From assembly GCA_002269645.1 (NCBI GenBank), contig NIVC01000563.1:62001-126000 (forward strand): a DNA stretch of 64,000 bases, in the 5' to 3' direction. Numbering within the stretch: the stretch's first letter is position 1; each line of letters opens with the position of its first letter. A model generated the notes under the pieces. It was given only the letters and a program-made list of their open reading frames with translations, was not told the DNA's origin and searched no databases. Made by a program: the position numbers and the translations under genes. Below, one piece after another: positions 10,869 to 23,600 of this stretch. This DNA is from Macrostomum lignano (Eukaryota).

Positions 10869-13800
10869 ATGTCGGCATCGACGAAACCTGCTTCAGAATC
10901 TGCCGCACCGGAACCAGTCGATGCGTCGGCGAAATTTGTCGATCCGCCGCGTCACACCGACTATAGTGGGCGAGTGTGCGGCGAGCTCAATGCCAAACCG
11001 GGCCGGCTTGCCGCCTACACTCGGTTAAAAACCAGCGTAGCAACTTTGCTTGGCGATTTGCCAACTCCTGGTTTCACTCGCCATCTGCTGTCTGACCAGT
11101 TCTACTTGGCAAAGTGGCTGCGGGCCAGTGACTACAATGCGGACAAGGCTGTCGACATGCTGCGCCGACACCTGGTCTGGCGTCGGGAGAACGGCATCGA
11201 CTCAATGTCCATTCCGTATTTCGATGATGGAGAAGAAGCTGTAGACCAGTTTGATGGTGATTTATTGCGTCTGCAGTCATGTAGCTTTAACTGCAGACAT
11301 AACTTATGCTACGGTACTCTAACTGTAGATATAGACTATGCTACTACAAAAGTACACAGTGCTCTCTAACTGGAGACATAGACTATGCTACTAAAAAAGT
11401 ACACAGTGCTCTCTAACTGGAGACATAGACTATGCTACTACAAAAGTACACAGTGCTCTCTAACTGGAGACATAGACTATGCTACTACAAAAGTACACAG
11501 TGCTCTCTAACTGGAGACATAGACTATGCTACTACAAAAGTGCACAGTGCTCCTAACTGCAGACATAGACTATGTTACAAAAGTGCACAGTGCTCCTAAC
11601 TGCAGACATAAACTATGTTACAAAAGTACACAGTGCTCCTAACTGAAGGCATAGACTATGCTAAAAAAGTACACAGTGCTCTAACTGCAGACTGAAGGCT
11701 CTGTACCACCTGTAATTATATCCCAGCTAATGATGGTAATACATTTTACAGCTGGGTGAACTGAAGCAAAGCAGATTTAAGTGTCTTGCTCAAGTACGCA
11801 AATCGTTCCAAGTGGATCCAAAATCGAACCCCTGATCTTTCAATTGTGAGTCCACTCCACTAGGACCACTAGGCTACAACCCCTGTGGCTACAATTCCTA
11901 GGTAGTACTATTTAGAAGTTATGTAGGAGTTGTAGCTCCAACTGCAGACATAGGACTAAGCTACAGGAGTACACAGGGCTCTATCAGAACTATCTGCAGG
12001 CATAGAATCTCTACATATAAAAATCAAAACTCTGTCTGTCTGTCTGTCTGTCTGTCTGTGGACAAATTACTTCGCTATGGACTCCCAAACCGCTCAACCA
12101 AATTACACCAAACTTTACACCCACCCTAAACTTACTACGGAGAATGTCTTAGGCTACCTTAAAATTTCCTAAATTTGAGTCTTCCTACCTAAAAGTACAA
12201 AAAACTGCTCAAAATGCGCGATTTTTTCACTTAATCCTCCATAGCGCCGCTCCACTTCTACCGATCCTCTTCAAATTTGACACAATCAATTTTCAACTAT
12301 TTTGACACAATCGTGTAAAATTTCGAGTCTCAAAGTTAATCCTGAACGGCGCTGTGCACTTTTAAAGTTTGGCTGTTTTTTTCAGCGAGACAGCCACCCC
12401 AACCTCCGCCCGCCTGCCTTTCTTTCTTTCTTGGATGAGGAAGATGGCAATCGATAAGACTAGCATAGTTGTCTGTGGTACAAAAAGCGATACGATGCAA
12501 TCCTGATTCCTGAATTAGTCACACAAAATAGAATTTGTAACACTAAGTCCTATTTAAAGGCACTTTAAAATTCAAATGCCCCAAAGAAAAGCGCATTGGG
12601 TCGTTTCACTGCTGCAGCTAGACGATGGAGATCTACAAGGCAAAGCAATGCGGCTGAAGCAGGAACATCACATAGCACAGAGGAAGCAGACAACACAGGT
12701 AGCTCTGCCCAGGCCAGATCGAGTGCAAGTGCCTTAGGAGAACAAGCCCAGAAAAGAAGCCTTCGACCACCGACAAGATCATCGACATCAGCAGCCGGCG
12801 CCAGCACTTCCGATGGAACTGGAAGTACACAGGTTCCTCTCAGGGCTGCAAATTGGGAAGAAAGACGACGTGAACAAAAAAGACAGCAAACAGCCGAGGC
12901 ACGACGCAATGAAACGACTGTTCAGACTCAGCAACGACAGGAACGGGACAGAGATCAGACCGCAGAGGCACGACGCAATGAAACGACTGTCCAGACTCAG
13001 CAACGACAGGAGCGGGACAGAGATCAGACCGCAGAGGCACGACGCAATGAAACGACTGTCCAGACTCAGCAACGACAGGAGCGGGACAGAGATCAGTGTT
13101 TAGGTCTAGAAGAAAAGAACTAGAAGATTGATTTGCAAAGAAAGTTGGCAGAATAAAGCTTGGTACTTCTACTGTTAATTTGCAGTTTGAATACTAAAAT
13201 GTTTTTTATCACTCCCCAAATATGTTATTGTTCCTTATCGGTTTTGCTGTTGTCCTGCATATTCACTCTGCTTAGTTTCTCTAGAATAGCCTACTTAAAC
13301 AGTACAATTACTTTTCTTTTTTTACTTAGTCTTAGACAGCAACTGCTGTACAGCTTCTTTTTTGTTATGCTTGAAAGCTACGTATTAATCCCATCTCCTT
13401 TACTTAAAAATATTCAGACAGATTCTATACTGTCCTAATGCTGTAAGCGTTTGTGTAGTCTTAGTTTCTATTCTGTTCTGCTTTATTCTATTCTAGAAAT
13501 ATACTTTTTAATACACATTTATACCAAGTTTCGTTCACACCTCTATCCAACTATTAACAAGTTTTGAGTATGACTTTGGATTTTAAAATACATGCAAAAA
13601 TGGTTCCGGGGATTCGAATTCCCCAGGTTCAAAATCCGCGGGTTTCAACAGCTTGTAGAAATATAAAAACTACCCTAAACTACCTATAGTAGAAAACGCG
13701 CGCATGCGCTAAAAAACCCCTTCTGCAGATAGCCAGCCGGACTCGGCCGACTCGCACGTACCCGAGCTCATTCGCCGCTACCACACCGGCGGCCGTTGCG

Positions 13801-14354
13801 GCTCCGACCGCGAGGGTCGGCCGGTTTTTATCGACCCGATCGGCCAATTCGACATGTCCGGCCTGATGAGGCGACACAGCATCCGCGAGCTGGTACTCAG
13901 TCGGGTCCGAATCTGGGAGCGACTGTTGCGGCGCGACTTTCCCGCTGCCCGCCGTCGCACCGGCCTGCCCGTCTGCCAGGCTGTCTACGTCATCGACTTG
14001 GCCGGCTTTGGCCGGCGCCAGATGAACTCGGACGGGCTGGCCTACGTCAAGGAGCTGAGCAGAGTTCTCGAGGCGAATTATCCCGAGCTGCTGGGCTCCG
14101 CGCTGGTGCTGAATCCCAAGCATCAGCGGCTTACTCAGCTTATCTGGCGCCTGATGGGGCCGCTGCTTTCTCCGGCCACCCGGCAGACTGTCCGAATCTT
14201 GCCGGAGGGCGAGGCTGGCCGGGCCGCCTTGCTGGCCGCTGTGCCACCCGACCAGCTACCGGCTGCCTACGGCGGCAAGCTGCTGGACCCCAGGGACAAT
14301 GACCCCGCCTGCCGCAACCTCATATGCTACGGCGGCCAGGTTCCCAGCGACTGA
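10869..14354 (+). CDS. SEC14-like CRAL-TRIO lipid-binding protein, join(10869..11256,13729..14354), 337 aa
   Basis: SDQFYLAKWLRASDYNADKAVDMLRRHLVWRRE (CRAL-TRIO_N), GSDREGRPVFIDPIG, VIDLAG, EANYPELLG...VLN, LLSPATRQTVRIL, PDQLPAAYGG; the phase-1 intron is consistent. Confidence 0.9.
11290..11695. repeat. ~47-bp minisatellite, ~8 copies, in the SEC14 intron
   Basis: ctaactggagacatagactatgctactacaaaagtacacagtgctct repeated in tandem. Confidence 0.9.
11735..11878 (-). mobile_element. CORE-type tRNA-derived SINE (degenerate)
   Basis: Minus strand: GTAGCCTAGTGG (A box), GGTTCGATT (B box), then TTGAGCAAGACACTTAA...GCTTCAGTTCACCCAGCTGTAAAATG, resembling the CORE domain of MIR-like SINEs. Confidence 0.65.
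12008..13655 (+). mobile_element. Non-autonomous Helitron, copy 2, inside the SEC14 intron
   Basis: Near-identical to 2973-4621; the one difference seen is a 1-nt deletion at the ORF start (ATGCCCCAAAG versus ATGCCCCCAAAG); A|TC...CTTG|T junctions. Confidence 0.8.
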
Positions 14355-14374
14355 CAAAAAGTTTCTAGAAACTT

Positions 14375-14630
14375 AGTTCCTGACTCTCACGCACAGTTCC
14401 TGACTCTCACGCATAGTTCCTGACTCTCACGCATAGTTCCTGACTCTCACGTACAGTTCCTGACTGTCACGCACAGTTCCTGACTCTCACTCACAGTTCC
14501 TGACTCTCACGCACAGTTCCTGACTCTCACGCACAGTTCCTGACTCTCACTCACAGTTCCTGACTCTCACGCACAGTTCCTGACTCTCACGCACAGTTCC
14601 TGACTCTCACGCATATTTACTGACTCTCGC
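14375..14630. repeat. 20-bp minisatellite (agttcctgactctcacgcac)
   Basis: Direct tandem array just after the SEC14 stop. Confidence 0.93.
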
Positions 14631-14887
14631 ACTTTCAGAACTCTCACTTTAAGAACTCTCATTTATTTTCAGATTCTCTCATCTTGATTTGGCTTCTAGA
14701 GTATCAGTTGAACTTACTCTCTCTGTAATGTAGCATTGTCATTAAAATTGTGATCAAACTACACTAGAAACCTAAACTGTAATGTTAAAGCGTATCAAAT
14801 TTCAATGTTTTAATAAACTTCTAAACCATAAAAATGTCTAATTATATTTATTCAAAGCTACTTTTACATCACCTCTGAGCGCATTTA

Positions 14888-15780
14888 TTGACACTACAGA
14901 CACCAGAGCTGACACTACAGACACCAGAGCTGACACTACAGACACAAAAGCTGACATTACAGACACAAAAGCTGACATTACAGACACAAAAGCTGACACT
15001 ACAGACACAAAAGCTGACACTACAGACACCAGAGCTGACACTACAGACACAAAAGCTGACATTACAGACACAAAAGCTGACATTACAGACACAAAAGCTG
15101 ACACTACAGACACAAAAGCTGACACTACAGACACCAGAGCTGACACTACAGACACAAAAGCTGACATTACAGACACAAAAGCTGACACTACAGACACAAA
15201 AGCTGACACTACAGACACAAAGCTGACACTACAGACACAAAGCTGACACTACAGACACAAAAGCTGACACTACAGGCACAAAAGCTGACACTACAGACAC
15301 CAGAGCTGACACTACAGACACAAAGCTGACACTACAGACACAAAAGCTGACACTACACACACCAGAGCTGACACTACAGTCACCCAAGCTGACACTACAG
15401 ACACAAAAGCTGACACTACAGACACAAAAGCTGACACTACAGACACAAAAGCTGACACTACACACACCAGAGCTGACACTACAGTCACCCAAGCTGACAC
15501 TACAGACACAAAAGCTGACACTACAGACACAAAAGCTGACACTACAGACACAAAAGCTGACACTACAGTCACCCAAGCTGACACTACAGACACAAAAGCT
15601 GACACTACAGACACAAAAGCTGACACTACAGTCACCCAAGCTGACACTACAGACACAAAAGCTGACACTACAGACACAAAAGCTGACACTACAGACACAA
15701 AAGCTGACACTACAGACACAAAAGCTGACACTACAGTCACCCAAGCTGACACTACAGACACAAAAGCTGACACTACAGAC
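14888..15780. repeat. 21-bp minisatellite (gctgacactacagacacaaaa), ~42 copies
   Basis: Direct tandem array; it explains the spurious TLQTQKL/VSVVSAF ORFs. Confidence 0.96.
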
Positions 15781-18431
15781 ACCTACGCTCGTAGATGGTC
15801 CCTCTCTTATCCTCACTAAGAGAGGCCTGTCTAATATATAAATCAATTGAGCAATTAGACAATAAGCTTCAGGCACTCAATAAAACAGAAGATTGACAGG
15901 ACAGGCTTGCACTCAACGCGCAGACGCTGAGTGACGGAAATTGATCTGCAAAAAAAGAAAGAGGGAAAAAGAAAAAAGCAGCAGATCAGAATGGAATCGG
16001 AAGCGGCCAAGTCAGCCACCAGCATCAGGTAGTTTTTTCTGCGGTGTCCGGCCCGATGGACACAAAGTCGGGCCCCCGCTGGGCGGTCCCCTTGTTTCCT
16101 TAATCGGCTGCTCCATCGCCTTGATTCCATTAGCCGTGCGCCCTCCTTCCTGCCGAATAATTTTGGTATAAACACACGCCCGGGCACACACACAGGCCCC
16201 AGCCCTGTCTGACTGACAGCTTCGCAAATTGTCATAACCAACCAATAAAGGCTGGGGGGAGGGCGGGCTCGCATTTTAACATCCCCCATGCCCCCAAGGA
16301 GGTCTCAGGCCGCCCCGGAGCAAAATCCCAAATCATCATCTTGATCGCACTTGCCACTTGTGTGGTCCGGCGCATTTTCATTCGGCGGAGACAATCTGCT
16401 TGGCTTAGAGATGATGCCCCCGGAGTGGGAAGCTGGCCGCGGATGGCCGAGATTTTAGTCAACCAGTCTAGCAGTTAAGATATAGAAAATCACTTTTTTC
16501 GCTTACACAGTTTGTGCATTAAATTGGCGGCCCGCCGCCTCCCCTCCAGTCGCAGAGTTTCCCGCACGGCACGGGAACTTCTCTCGGACAAGAAGATAAT
16601 GGGAACGCGATAAGGGATGTCATCTCGGAAAGGGATTTAGAAGTTGGGGACCACGTGTGCTAGAAGCTGGCTGTCACGCAACGGGGAGAGGAGGGCACAG
16701 CCCTCGGGGGGGGGGGGAGAAAATGTCTGCGAACAAGTTGAAGATGGCCAGATTGGAGTGGGAAATCTTCTTCTCCTAGTGAAAGAAGATTTTCTGCAGG
16801 TGGGCAACGGGGGTTGGCTTGGAAATTGCTTCAGGGCTTGCGGCAGGGTGACCGACCGATAAACTTCTCTGCTTTTGCAGAGTGGACGCCGAAACGGTTA
16901 ATTAACGATTTTTAACTCTCTTCAAATGGTGAAGTGGGGGCGAGAGGAGGTCCGCTGACCCCTTAAGAAACGGAATATCGTTTGCCATTTTGGATGCCGA
17001 TCAAGGGAGGTCAAAGAGGTCAGCAGACCCCCCATACACACCCTTAGGATAATTACTGAATCCTCCGCCCCCTCCCCCCGAGGGACGGAGTGGTGGTCCC
17101 GGGTCCGAATCCGATTCAAATTGAATTGGACTTCTCTGCCTGCCACAATAAAGCACTTTAATCAGCAAGTTTAATTTGAATGCACAGCTTCAAGCTGGTG
17201 ACTCGCAGAACCAGTTGGGTCAAGGCGGTGCTGGTCAAGCATAGAAATCTGTATAAATAAAAAGACCGCCCCTTCTCTCCAGTATCAGCTTTGGCCATCT
17301 CTTTCGCTTTCAACAATTTTGTTTCTGATCTTCTTCTTTTTTGCTGGAAGCAATTATAAACAAATTGTTGCGTTGGATGTGTGCCTTGCTTCTCTCTTTG
17401 TGTTCGCATTCGGGTTATACAGTAGGTTCTTTGACTCGGCGAGTCATGCTAATTTCCTACCTGTTGTTTATGCGATCGACTGAAAATATATGCATAGGGG
17501 GGAGGGGGGCCGGTTCCAATGTGACATTTAATCGGAATTGATTGACAGTCTACTGACCCCTTGCGGGCCACTTTCGCCTCTCTGTATTTCTCTCTTCCAA
17601 TGTCTGTGTGTGCATGGGGGGTGGGTGGGGTGATTTTTCTGCATCCAGACAGACACAAAGAGGATAAAATGGCCCGTAGGCGCTTATGGGATTGCGGCCA
17701 GGTTGCGAGCAAGGAGGTGTCGCATTACTTCGAAATTCTTTTCAAAGAAGCAAAAGCGGTTGCTGCAGAATTGTTGGAATACTTTTTTCGCACCTTGCGA
17801 TTGCGACGGTGTTGAATTAGGCCGGGCCTTTGTCTCCGCTGCCGAGCTTTTAGGCGGGGTCAAGCTTGGGAATTTCTCTGTTAGAAAGGGGAAAATGAAT
17901 TAATTTAAATAACAAAAATCGGGAAAAACTTCTTTAAACCGGAGGAGAAGGCTATCAGTTTCACCGGAAGCAGGCCTTGGCCTCGTAAACAATTCCGTAG
18001 ATTGCTTTTCTCAGAGTCTTTCTTCAGTCTCAATCAGCGCGCTGGTCTAAACCTTTTCACGCTGAAACCGGCTGAAATCCCCACCTAAGTCGCATGGAGG
18101 GATGATGAAATTTTCGATAATCCCACTCTCCCCCATCCCTCCCCTATCTCTCAATTCGACTGATTTCTGCTATCCAACCCACCCCCCTGCACTGCACGAT
18201 ATTGCCGGATTAGCAATTTAATCTGATATTTCCGAATCGAAATTTAGATTGGTCCCAAGTTCCGGCCAAGTATAGGGCAGAGAGGGATAGAGAGCCGCTC
18301 AGTTCAATAAGCAATTCAAGCTCAAGCCAAGCCGCTTATCGAATCCAATTCAATCTACTATCCGATACGATTTTTTGTTCGTTCCTTGCAAAATTTTCGA
18401 AGTCAGGTTTAACCGAAAGAAGTTTCCATTT

Positions 18432-18926
18432 TTTTTCAGCACAAAAAATGTTATTGCATTCGATAGGAGGCTGACCCAATGTTCATCTTTAGATGTGTTG
18501 TGCCTTTCTTATAGCTCTATTGATATTCATAAAGCTTTGCGTTAAAAAACTAGGATTATTCTATGTTAATTTTTTATTCTACGTACATTCCCTGTACCAA
18601 AAAAATCATTAAAATGCATGGCACAGGTCGATTAATTTGTTTTATCAATCTATTTTATCATCGCTGTTACACATATTGTTACAACAGTCGGCTGAGAATG
18701 ACAAAATTGATTCATAAAACCAAAGAGTTGAGCCGTGCCATTTTAATAGTTTTAAGGCACAGGACATATGCAATTGTACTTAGCATGAAATTAACATAGA
18801 ATCCTAGTTTTTTAACCAAAAACTTTATTAATATCAATAGAGCTATAAAAAAGGCACAACATATCAAAAGATGAGCATTGGGTCTGCCTCCTATCAAAAG
18901 CAATAACAATTTTTTTGCTGAAAAAA
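18432..18926. mobile_element. Degenerate foldback MITE; nearly the whole ~500 bp is an imperfect inverted repeat
   Basis: ttttttcagcacaaaaaatgttattgc...gataggagg...cccaatg at left pairs with cattggg...cctcctatc...gcaataac...gctgaaaaaa at right; inner arms also pair around a centre near 18680. Confidence 0.7.
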
Positions 18927-19419
18927 TCAAAACTCCCTATCTCCGTAGTGCATTGTTTTCGGAAAAGCTGTCTCCTAAAATTTTCTAAGAAACGAGGTTT
19001 CCCGTCCTTCTACTTGAGTAGACCTTGTTCCGCCGATGCTGACCTGCCGGCTGGCCTCACCCAAAGAGGCAGTTTATAATAGAATTTTATAGCATAAAAC
19101 CTATACAGATTGGTGGCACAGTTTCCACGAATTTGATTGATGCGTTTTGCTTAATTGTTTGTTGCTTTCCAAGAGATCTGCATCGATTGCATGCATATAT
19201 GGTTTTCCAAATAGCGATGTAACATTGCCGCCAATCTTCATCACTATTCCAGCATCCTAAATTATACATATACTGTTGGAAAACGTTTAACCGATTGTTA
19301 GTTGATGAAGAAAAATGGCAACGCATCTTGTTGCGGACCGAATATATTTCCAAAGCCAATTTATTACTTCCAAGTGATGACGTCATCCATTTGGTGCCGT
19401 TTAATCTGAGGATTTTGAG

Positions 19420-20128
19420 TGACCACTGAAGCATTGGTAATGGAGGGTAGCGGAGGGTACTGAAGCATCGGGAACAAAAGGTAGCGGAGGGTACTGAAGC
19501 ATCGGGAATGGAGGGTAGCGGAGGGTACTGAAGCATCGGGAATGGAGGGTAGCGGAGGGTACTGAAGCATCGGGAATGGAGGGTAGCGGAGGGTACTGAG
19601 GCATCGGGAATAAAGGGTAGCGGAGGGTACTGAGGCATCGGGAATAAAGGGTAGCGGAGGGTACTGAGGCATCGGGAATGGAGGGTAGCGGAGGGTACTG
19701 AGGCATCGGGAATAAAGGGTAGCGGAGGGTACTGAGGCATCGGGAATGGAGGGTAGCGGAGGGTACTGAGGCATCGGGAATGGAGGGTAGCGGAGGGTAC
19801 TGAAGAATCGGGAATGGAGGGTAGCGGAGGGTACTCTGAGGCATCGGGAATAAAGGGTAGCGGAGGGTACTGAGGCATCGGGAATGGAGGGTAGCGGAGG
19901 GTACTGAGGCATCGGGAATAAAGGGTAGCGGAGGGTACTGAGGCATCGGGAATGGAGGGTAGCGGAGGGTACTGAGGCATCGGGAATGGAGGGTAGCGGA
20001 GGGTACTGAAGAATCGGGAATGGAGGGTAGCGGAGGGTACTCTGAGGCATCGGGAATAAAGGGTAGCGGAGGGTACTGAGGCATCGGGAATGGAGGGTAG
20101 CGGAGGGTACTGAGGCATCGGGAACTGA
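19420..20128. repeat. 34-bp G-rich minisatellite (gagggtactgaggcatcgggaatggagggtagcg)
   Basis: Direct tandem array. Confidence 0.95.
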
Positions 20129-21769
20129 GGATAAAAAACCGAATTTTTCCGATTTCAAAAAAGCAAATTTGCAGAAGAATTACGAGTAAAAAAGCAGCTC
20201 ATTAGTAGTCCTTATGGCAGCAGTGAAAACCATCCATCCAGAGAGGCAAGTCTTGTAAATGTCGGCACCCTTCAAGATTTTTTTGTTTAAACCCTCTCAC
20301 AAACTCTTGGCGGTGGAAAGCAAATTGCGATTTTCTTGACTGAGAATTGCTTTGCCAAACTTGCTTGAACAGGTAGCCTGCAGTGCGGCTTTTTAAATGC
20401 CCAGCAACAGGGCCGCAAGGGCCACAGCCTGAAAAGGTGAATTTCCGAGTCCCATATTGCTGCAGTCCGTGGGTCCAAGGGGAAGAAAGAGGGGAATTGA
20501 AAAACACTCCATCAAGTAGAGTGGCAGGGTTGTGATGAACCCACAGCCGTTTCGGTATTGCTGCAACACCAATTAACTCCCTCTCCGAGCCGTCCACCCC
20601 CTGTTGCCTATAGGCTACACATAGCAGAGTTACAAGCGACACTCTTTCAATCATTTTCAGAGGCGAAGAAGAAGAATCTCGCGCTGGCCGCTCGCCTCCT
20701 CCTAAGCCAAGCAGCTGTCTATATAGGCAGAGCAATCGGACCAATTAGCAGGGCGCACACGTGTGGCCAGGAAGCTGCGGTGTTTTGATGCTTGATGAGG
20801 CAGGCCCGAGCTTTAAAGCATCGGCAAGGGTATTAGATAGAAGACAGTAGCTTACATACAGGGATGAACATCTATACGAGCTTACGGACGGTATTTAGCT
20901 TAAGTGTGTTGCCGGGTCAGGCCCTACTACCAATCTGTCTCTTGCTCGGTCAAGCGTTTTGACCAGTGCCTCTCATTGAAGATCGGACAGGCTCTTTGCT
21001 GCTTCCAGAAGATAAGACGATACCGAAAAAAGGCCTGGCAATCTTATATACGGACAGCAAAGAGGCTCTCCAGGAAAACCTACTTGAAGGAATGGGATAC
21101 ACTGTACAGCCATTTGTAGAAATTCACCTGTCTATCCGCAATCACAGTTGGCAGACTTGACGCAAGTTTACCTGCAGCACACTGGCCATAATCCGTTTGA
21201 ACCAATCAAATGAAAACAATGCGAAGTACCGAACTGGACATTGTTTCTGCTTGCCCTGCAAGTGCCTGCTGCCCCCGCCATCGAAACCCCCCCGTTGCAA
21301 ATTGCATGAGTGATTGACATCAGTCTATCCTCTGGCTTAGTGTAAGTGTGCGTGGGTATCAATCACAAGTACAAGTGGCTGATCTCTCTCTGATATCCTC
21401 CTGGCTTAATATCCTTCTGATATCAGTTTTGGGAACAAATGTGAAGCCACAATTTAATAAAATAGAAATTCATAATAGCAGAAATTTTAGAACTGCAACC
21501 AGTAAGTTATCTATTGACGCAACTGACACTAATTTTGACGACATTTTATCTGATACCACGCTAATTGGTTCCCGTGCAAAGCTAAAGAAGCCATTCCTTA
21601 GAATTTTTCTTCGAGGCTCAATTCCAAACGGATCTTGCAATCATATACTTCGTACCTACGTCCAATTTTTGTAACGTTTAAAAAAACCCTTGTGACACTC
21701 ATTTTGGCGCCGTCCCAGAAGTCGCGCTTCATCCAATCTTTGGTGTCGCTCAGTTAATGGCGAACCTGA

Positions 21770-22350
21770 TGCGCCCCCGATGGCGCCCCTGATGGCATCC
21801 CGGATGCGCCTCTGATGGCCCTGATGGCGTCCCTGATGGCATCCCGGATGCGTCTCTGATGGCCCTTATGGCGCCCCTGATGGCGCCCCTGATGGCGCCC
21901 TTGATGGCACCCCTAATGGTATCCCGGATGCGCCTCTGATGGCCCTGATGGCACCCCTGATGGCATCCCGGATTCGCCTCTGATGGCCCTGATGGAGCCC
22001 CTAATGGCATCCCGGATGCGCCTCTGATGGCCCTGATGGCGTCCCTGATGGCATCCCGGATGCGTCTCTGATGGCCCTTATGGCGCCCCTGATGGCGCCC
22101 CTGATGGCGCCCTTGATGGCACCCCTAATGGTATCCCGGATGCGCCTCTGATGGCCCTGATGGCACCCCTGATGGCATCCCGGATTCGCCTCTGATGGCC
22201 CTGATGGAGCCCCTAATGGCATCCCGGATTCGCCTCTGATGGCCCTGATGGAGCCCCTAATGGCATCCCGGATTCGCCTCTGATGGCCCTGATGGAGCCC
22301 CTTATGGCGCCTCTAATGGCGCCTCTAATCGCGCCCCTGATGGCCCTGAT
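21770..22350. repeat. GC-rich complex minisatellite built on the ctgatggc motif, with a 212-bp higher-order duplication
   Basis: Repeats of gcccctgatgg; two listed ORFs share sequence at an offset of 212 nt. Confidence 0.9.
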
Positions 22351-22740
22351 GGCGCCTCTGGAACATAATTTTTTCAATAAAGGTATGCCAATTTGGTTTA
22401 ATTTTGATCGGAATCAGATATCCAGAAAACTGGCCTGGCTCGTTTAGTTTTCCAATCGGCCCGTCCAAGTCTGGTAATCCATGACTCCAATCGAACGGGC
22501 AACTAGCAATAGAGAGAAGAAGAAAGCAACAGAGCCCCGAGAGCAAACGAGCTGTCATCGCAGCCAATCGACTGGCCCCTGCTAGCGCGACGCATCAACC
22601 AATCGCAGCTGGTCGCGCTTTGCTCGACTGAAGGACAGGGAAAGGCGAGGGGCGGAGACGGTAGCGGAAATTGCCGCTGAGAATTTCTGAATAGATCGGT
22701 GCTTTCAGGGATTGTTGATTTTATTGCTCATTGAGCTGGC

Positions 22741-23013
22741 TCCATCAGGGATACCATCAGGGCCATCAGGGGCGCCATCAGGGCCATCAGGGGCGCCATC
22801 AGGGGCGCCATCAGGGCCATCAGGGGCGCCATCAGGGCCATCAGGGGCGCCATCAGGGCCATCAGGGGCGCCATCAGGGCCATCAGGGGCGCCATCAGGG
22901 CCATCAGGGGCGCCATCAGGGGCGCCATCAGGGGCGCCATCAGGGGCGCCATCAGGGGCGCCATCAGGGGCGCCATCAGGGCGCCATCAGGGGCGCCATC
23001 AGGGGTGCCATCA
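22741..23013. repeat. ccatcagggg(cg) minisatellite, the reverse complement of the 21770-22350 motif
   Basis: Same motif in the opposite orientation. Confidence 0.9.
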
Positions 23014-23600
23014 TGGGCTAGAAGTACTGAATTTGTACGAGCGTACTGAATTTTTCATGCTCAAAATATACCAGTTTTATTGCGCAATTAGCTCGTTTTT
23101 CATTTCTTAGGTTTATAATAATCAAATTTTGTTCCTTAAAAACATTTGAATAACTATATGATTTTGCTCTGAAAAAATAGAAAATCAAAATATAGAATTA
23201 CTAAAAAGATCCCAGGGCTTAGCAGGCTGTTGTCAAAACTTTAATTCCGGGAAACTGGATGACCGAATTCTCAGGTAAAGAGAATTGAATAAAGAAAGTT
23301 AGAGAGACAGACAGGGACACAGAGTGGGGAGAGAAAGAAGAAGAAAAGAGGGCCGCTAATTTGCAGGTGGCGGCCGACAGGTGTCAGCCCTGGGGAGGAG
23401 GAGGAGGGGGGAGGAGGGGGGAGCCGGGGAAGAAAGTTATCTGGCCGCCAATTCCTCCCGCCAGCCAACAGGAAATTAGCGGAAGTTCAATAAAAGCCGG
23501 CGATAGCCAGCCGCTCCGCTCCATCCCAACTCTCAGGAGGATTGATTTGTCTCTCCAATTACAACTTTTATTACTTTGACGATAGTATTGGCGAAAAAAA

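Noticed and set aside
14838-15876. Long ORFs with periodic peptides here and at 19087-20158, 22712-23110, 49388-50902, 56352-57910, 59242-59842 and 63579-63998
   Set aside because: They are translations of minisatellites or microsatellites that lack stops in some frames; no evidence of coding function
19090-21680. Possible decayed transposase fragments around the 34-bp array
   Set aside because: No catalytic motif could be read with confidence in any frame; needs BLASTX
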